Source: Bacteroidota bacterium (lineage in GTDB: Bacteria > Bacteroidota > Bacteroidia > NORP154). Taken from it: 64,000 bases of DNA. This document shows, in pieces, positions 61,201 to 64,000 of this stretch. Numbering within the stretch: the first letter of the stretch is position 1; the number at the start of each line of letters is the position of its first letter. Both the position numbers and the translations under genes were made by a program. The notes beneath the pieces were generated by a model. That model was not told where the DNA came from, ran no database searches, and saw only the letters and a program-made list of their open reading frames with translations. Location of the stretch: assembly GCA_022572355.1 (NCBI GenBank), contig JACZWC010000014.1, positions 7,604-71,603 on the forward strand. Reading direction: 5' to 3'.

Positions 61201-62185
61201 GTTCAGTAATAATATATGTATCCGTAAGAATGCAACCATTGAAGTCCGTTACCGTGACATTATAGGTGGCTGCACACAAAGCAGTAGCCACAGAATCGGT
61301 TTGAGTATCTGGATCATCCCAAATGTACGTATAAGGAGGGGTTCCACCCGAAATACTGGCTGATGCAATTCCGTTACAATATCCAAAGCAAGTAACATCT
61401 GTGGATGAAGCTGCATTGACCAGTGCTAGCAGCGGCTCTGTGATAACTACAGAATCTGTAACCGTGCAGGAAACGGAATCCGTAATAGTTACGTGGTAGA
61501 TACCGGCAGCCAGGTTGGAAATGTCCTCAGTAGTATCTGTTGTCGACCAAAGGAAAGAGAGAGGAGGCACTCCACCTGTTACCGTTAGATTTGCCGAACC
61601 AGTTGTGTCTCCGTTGCAAGTAACATTGGTGCCAGCAATACTCGGACTTACTGTGCACGATTGAATCAGAAACGCGCGGGTATAAATATTATCGCCTGAT
61701 GAACTTCCATTGTTATTGGCCCCATTGCCAGCTATATAAAAGGTAAGCGGCCCCAAATCTGTTCCCGGTGCCACCCAATCAAACTGCCAGGTGCTGGTGC
61801 TATTTGCGTTGAGATGAGACACATAATTTCGCCCAATGTTTGTTTGTGCGGTGGTATTAATAGTATTGGTAATGATAAAACTGCCGGCCATGTTATCATT
61901 GCTATCCAATACAGTGATCTGAAATCCAAAGCGCGTCTTTCCTCCATCAATGACCTGCAAATTGGCGGAATAGGTATTTCCCGGAACATATTGAACCGTA
62001 TCCAGTGATAGTAGAATATCTCCAGGCCCTGTATTCAGGTTACCATGGCAATCGGAACACTTACCTTCGCCCGGAGCACCTGTTCTGGAAACAGGTGGGC
62101 TGGTGGAGCTTGTCATCGCAAGTTCGTAACATGCGATTGACATGATAATAACAGCGAAAGCAGATAATATTGAACGTTTTCTCAT
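58226..62185 (-). CDS. Giant secreted SprB-repeat protein with two discoidin (F5/8 type C)-like inserts, N-terminal CxxCH-containing domain and T9SS type A C-terminal sorting domain
   Basis: Signal peptide. More than 12 SprB-type repeats (…C.G..DG.A….GG..PY.Y.W…….I..L.AG.Y.V.V.D.NGC…V.I.EP). C-terminal DIAIYPNPNDGSFILSF…GIYMLQMVTSSGLYTRKLVV. Confidence 0.75.
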   Translation of the reverse strand: MRKRSILSAFAVIIMSIACYELAMTSSTSPPVSRTGAPGEGKCSDCHGNLNTGPGDILLSLDTVQYVPGNTYSANLQVIDGGKTRFGFQITVLDSNDNMAGSFIITNTINTTAQTNIGRNYVSHLNANSTSTWQFDWVAPGTDLGPLTFYIAGNGANNNGSSSGDNIYTRAFLIQSCTVSPSIAGTNVTCNGDTTGSANLTVTGGVPPLSFLWSTTDTTEDISNLAAGIYHVTITDSVSCTVTDSVVITEPLLALVNAASSTDVTCFGYCNGIASASISGGTPPYTYIWDDPDTQTDSVATALCAATYNVTVTDFNGCILTDTYIITEPQILIASLASKSTDNCSTCNGTATISVTGGVTPYTYTWSGGCTDSSCATLCIGIFIVAIADNNGCTAVVNDSILGTILLSNTIGSTSSTCGLADGSAFIVESGGAQPYTYLWNDFLAQTTDSAIGLVAGNYTVIVTDSNGCLDSATVNVGDLGSPIITTDSLESATCNGSSDGAIYISVSGGTGPLTYSWDNGATSEDIDSLLAATYIVTVIDSVGCSSNQSVVVTEPGVVAPIVDSINNVTCIGDATGYASVNTTGGTSPYSFTWQNALLDTIGTNANNITGVTEGNYMVSVVDINGCTGSTTLYIGASTSLANLHLITSNISCNGGTNGSAAVIVSSTVNASLLSYTATSNYNTYYNFPPVQDLSYINDGDLDSGAAWGPGAPDPFELTLTFSQSVILDSVKIKAGQLNGDYNVPGLMLFYNGTSSGTLISSITPTFNFESYSLSNSTGNSIYTFEITPTLDGYAGILEIECYGTVELFDSTLNYSWTGPNAYTSGNAANTGLEAGNYSVVVSHLSGCTLTDSVEITQPDSLTLSVISENLLCNSVCAGNTNAQVSGGISPYSYLWTLQGSPVDSVFYADSLCAGTYTVLITDSNGCVMVDSTTLTQPDSLAASLSSVDNSCYGGSDGSATATASGGTPPYSYSWDDGLLQSSSMASGLASAIYSVVITDSNGCKIGSSSNLKQNYIPSSSYNNYYTTNDLSQIYDGNLNTGTIWGAPVPASFEMIMTFPSAVIINAVKVRAGQFSGDYYSPELMELHRGSSAGPIIASIAPTYTFDLYNIINTNSDTVYTWVITPSDTFASIREIECFEVTDPTYVVVSEPTELIVIDSTTNQSSPGAGDGSIDLTVTGATPPYSYSWSTGASSEDLVNLVGGTYTITVSDSNNCTKTLIIVIPGGLGLSELHEGIADIAIYPNPNDGSFILSFNSVESQDIQLSISDIKGQVVYTDKIVVVKGMYEKTISVESLPPGIYMLQMVTSSGLYTRKLVVR

Positions 62186-62290
62186 GTTAAAAAGACGTGA
62201 ATAAGAGTACTACGTTGCCAGAAAGGCAAAGGTTGTGTAAATCCTGATTGTCAGGATTTACGCTGTTTTACCCCCTGCTCCCCTTTAGGG

Positions 62291-62349
62291 TCGCCGTCCC
62301 CCTAAATTTAGGGGGACAGTTTCTTTACGAAGTTAAGAAACAGGGGGTA
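62291..62349 (-). repeat. Structured ~55-bp element, copy 2 (inverted relative to copy 1), between the SprB-repeat gene start and the end of the MBL-rhodanese gene
   Basis: The reverse complement reads TACCCCCTGTTTCTTAACTTCGTAAAGAAACTGTCCCCCTAAATTTAGGGGGACGGCGAC, a near-identical counterpart of copy 1. It contains the palindrome GTCCCCCTAAATTTAGGGGGAC (62296-62317). Confidence 0.7.
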
Positions 62350-62362
62350 AAAAATATTGTAA

Positions 62363-63745
62363 TTACGCAATCTCATTAGTCAGCATCGGAATATCTGTTC
62401 TGAGCAACCCCTCCATTCCTTCGCTAATATTAACCAATTTATCAAAACCATTGGCCTTCAAAATGGAAGTGGCAGCCATGGATCTGTATCCGGTAAGACA
62501 ATGGAGATGATAGGTCTTTTCTTTGTCAAGCTGATCCAATTGCCCCTTGAGAATTGCAAGGGGAATATTGATCGCTCCTTCAATATGTTCTATGTCGTGC
62601 TCACTAGCTTTTCGGACATCCAGAATGTGTGTGTTCTCATCGATCTGAGCAGCAAATTGCTGAGGTGAAATAGATTCTATACTGTCTGATTTTTCCCCTC
62701 CATCGGTCCAGCTGTTGATACCGTTGGCAAGGTAACCCAACACATTGTCGTATCCAACGCGGGTAAGTCGTTGAATTGATTCTTCTTCCATTCCGCTTTC
62801 GGCAACAATGAGCAATTGAGCATCGGGATTGATCAATGTTCCCACCCAAATGGCATACATACCATCTAATCCTACGTTGATAGATCCTGGTATGAATCCC
62901 TTTTCAAAAATGGACTTGGATCGGCTGTCAATGACCGTAGCTCCATTTGCAACAGCTTTTTTAAACTCCTCCAGGTTCAGCGCATTGATATTTCCTTCCA
63001 ACACCTCTTCTACATTTTCAGAGCCATTTTTGTTGATCATTGCATCTGTAAAGAAATACTGCGGAGGTGGAAGCAATCCTTCCGTAATCACTTTTATAAA
63101 TTCCTCCTTGGACATTTCCTGCAGCGCATAATTAGAACTCTTCTGCTCACCGATGGTGGATGATTTTTCATCTCCTAAGCTCTTTCCGCAACTCGATCCC
63201 GGGCCGTGTGCTGGATATACAATTACATTATCAGGCAGCACTTTTATTTTATTGTTCAATGACTCATACATCATTCCTGCCAGCTCCTCTTTGGTCATCG
63301 TGCCATCCAATAAATCAGGTCGCCCGACATCACCCACAAAGAGGGTGTCGCCTGTGAATACCGCATGTTCAACCCCGTTTTCATCATAAACCAGGTAACA
63401 TGTGGATTCAGGCGTGTGGCCGGGAGTATGCAATGCCTTGATCTTTATTTTCCCCAATTCGAAAACCTCTTCATCCTTTGCATTATATACCTGGTACTTA
63501 GTATCTGCCAATGGTCCAAATATAATTTGAGCACCTGTTTTTTCGGATAAATCGATGTGTCCAGAGACAAAATCAGCATGAAAATGTGTTTCGAATATGT
63601 ATTTAATGCTCGTATTTCGTTCTGTAGCATAATCGATATATGGCTTGGTTTCCCTGATGGGGTCAATAATAGCTGCCTCTCCTTCCGACTCAATGTAGTA
63701 GGCGGCTTGTGCGAGGCAATCCGTATATATTTGCTCTATAAACAC
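62363..63745 (-). CDS. MBL-fold metallo-hydrolase fused to tandem rhodanese domains (persulfide dioxygenase-rhodanese fusion-like)
   Basis: N-terminal MBL motif HFHADFVSGH and HTPGHTPES. C-terminal rhodanese with active-site Cys in HCLTGYRSMAATSIL. Confidence 0.8.
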   Translation of the reverse strand: MFIEQIYTDCLAQAAYYIESEGEAAIIDPIRETKPYIDYATERNTSIKYIFETHFHADFVSGHIDLSEKTGAQIIFGPLADTKYQVYNAKDEEVFELGKIKIKALHTPGHTPESTCYLVYDENGVEHAVFTGDTLFVGDVGRPDLLDGTMTKEELAGMMYESLNNKIKVLPDNVIVYPAHGPGSSCGKSLGDEKSSTIGEQKSSNYALQEMSKEEFIKVITEGLLPPPQYFFTDAMINKNGSENVEEVLEGNINALNLEEFKKAVANGATVIDSRSKSIFEKGFIPGSINVGLDGMYAIWVGTLINPDAQLLIVAESGMEEESIQRLTRVGYDNVLGYLANGINSWTDGGEKSDSIESISPQQFAAQIDENTHILDVRKASEHDIEHIEGAINIPLAILKGQLDQLDKEKTYHLHCLTGYRSMAATSILKANGFDKLVNISEGMEGLLRTDIPMLTNEIA

Positions 63746-63751
63746 GTATGT

Positions 63752-64000
63752 CTAATTAGTAGTATTTAGTTCCGCCAGGTCACTCTTCTTATAGCGCACC
63801 CTTGCATAGCCTTCATGAAAATCTTCAGCTTCGATATAGCGCAACTTAATAATGAGTTTGCCGGTTTTATCAACATATCCGAACTTTTCATCCTGATAAA
63901 CCCAGGCAAGGCCATCATAGAAATCACTTCCTGATTCATAAATAAAGTCAAATAGAGAAACGCCATCTCTGTCAATATATTCAGTTTTGGTGCCCGTTTT
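63752..64000 (-). CDS. WG-repeat (KWG) protein, 3' portion; 5' end outside the window
   Basis: Found in a different frame from the ORF-track call 63766..63975. It translates as …KTEYIDRDGVSLFDFIYESGSDFYDGLAWVYQDEKFGYVDKTGKLIIKLRYIEAEDFHEGYARVRYKKSDLAELNTTN*, a classic WG-containing repeat (…F.EGLA.V…GK.GYIDK.GK.VI…Y….F.EG.A.V). Stop at 63752-63754. Confidence 0.6.
   Translation of the reverse strand, partial: KTGTKTEYIDRDGVSLFDFIYESGSDFYDGLAWVYQDEKFGYVDKTGKLIIKLRYIEAEDFHEGYARVRYKKSDLAELNTTN

Overview
This window reads as a 64 kb chromosomal segment from a Bacteroidetes genome, probably a gliding flavobacterium- or cytophaga-like organism. The supporting signs are many proteins with type IX secretion (T9SS) C-terminal sorting domains (CTDs) of both type A and type B, SprB, PKD and SBBP repeats, a GldE-like CNNM protein, and a MqnB/MqnD futalosine pair.

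Housekeeping genes that I can call directly from the translations are: the 3' end of PBP2 (mrdA), rodA, a PpiD-like PPIase, coaX, tRNA-Phe(GAA), fabH, a sensor histidine kinase, gpmI, M20 and M3 peptidases, a DUF255 thioredoxin-like protein, a nucleotide-sugar/capsule block (Gfo/Idh/MocA oxidoreductase, UDP-sugar dehydrogenase, galE, rfbB, CpsB-type phosphatase), fabD, folE, queD/PTPS, mqnB, mqnD-like, hldD-like, a MerR regulator, an M23 peptidase, alaS, an MBL-rhodanese fusion, and a partial WG-repeat gene at the right edge.

The accessory or unusual content is:
- A ~7.5 kb block between mrdA and rodA carrying a T9SS subtilisin, a start-less T9SS CTD fragment, two beta-barrel OMPs, a tail-fibre/S74-chaperone-like protein and a ParB-like nuclease-domain protein.
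- A tRNA-Phe locus with a small GIY-YIG gene bracketed by a tRNA 5'-half remnant and a degenerate duplicate of the tRNA 3' end that contains a palindromic insert.
- A ~16 kb run of four giant same-strand T9SS cargo genes (1148, 1412, 1485 and 988 aa), with a perfect 3 x 93 bp hairpin-forming tandem repeat between the first two and no PorP/SprF partner in sight.
- A fifth giant SprB-repeat cargo gene (1319 aa) bracketed by inverted copies of a ~55 bp double-hairpin element, carrying an N-terminal CxxCH motif and two discoidin-like inserts.

Everything is inferred from translated motifs and by-eye repeat detection; no database search was possible.
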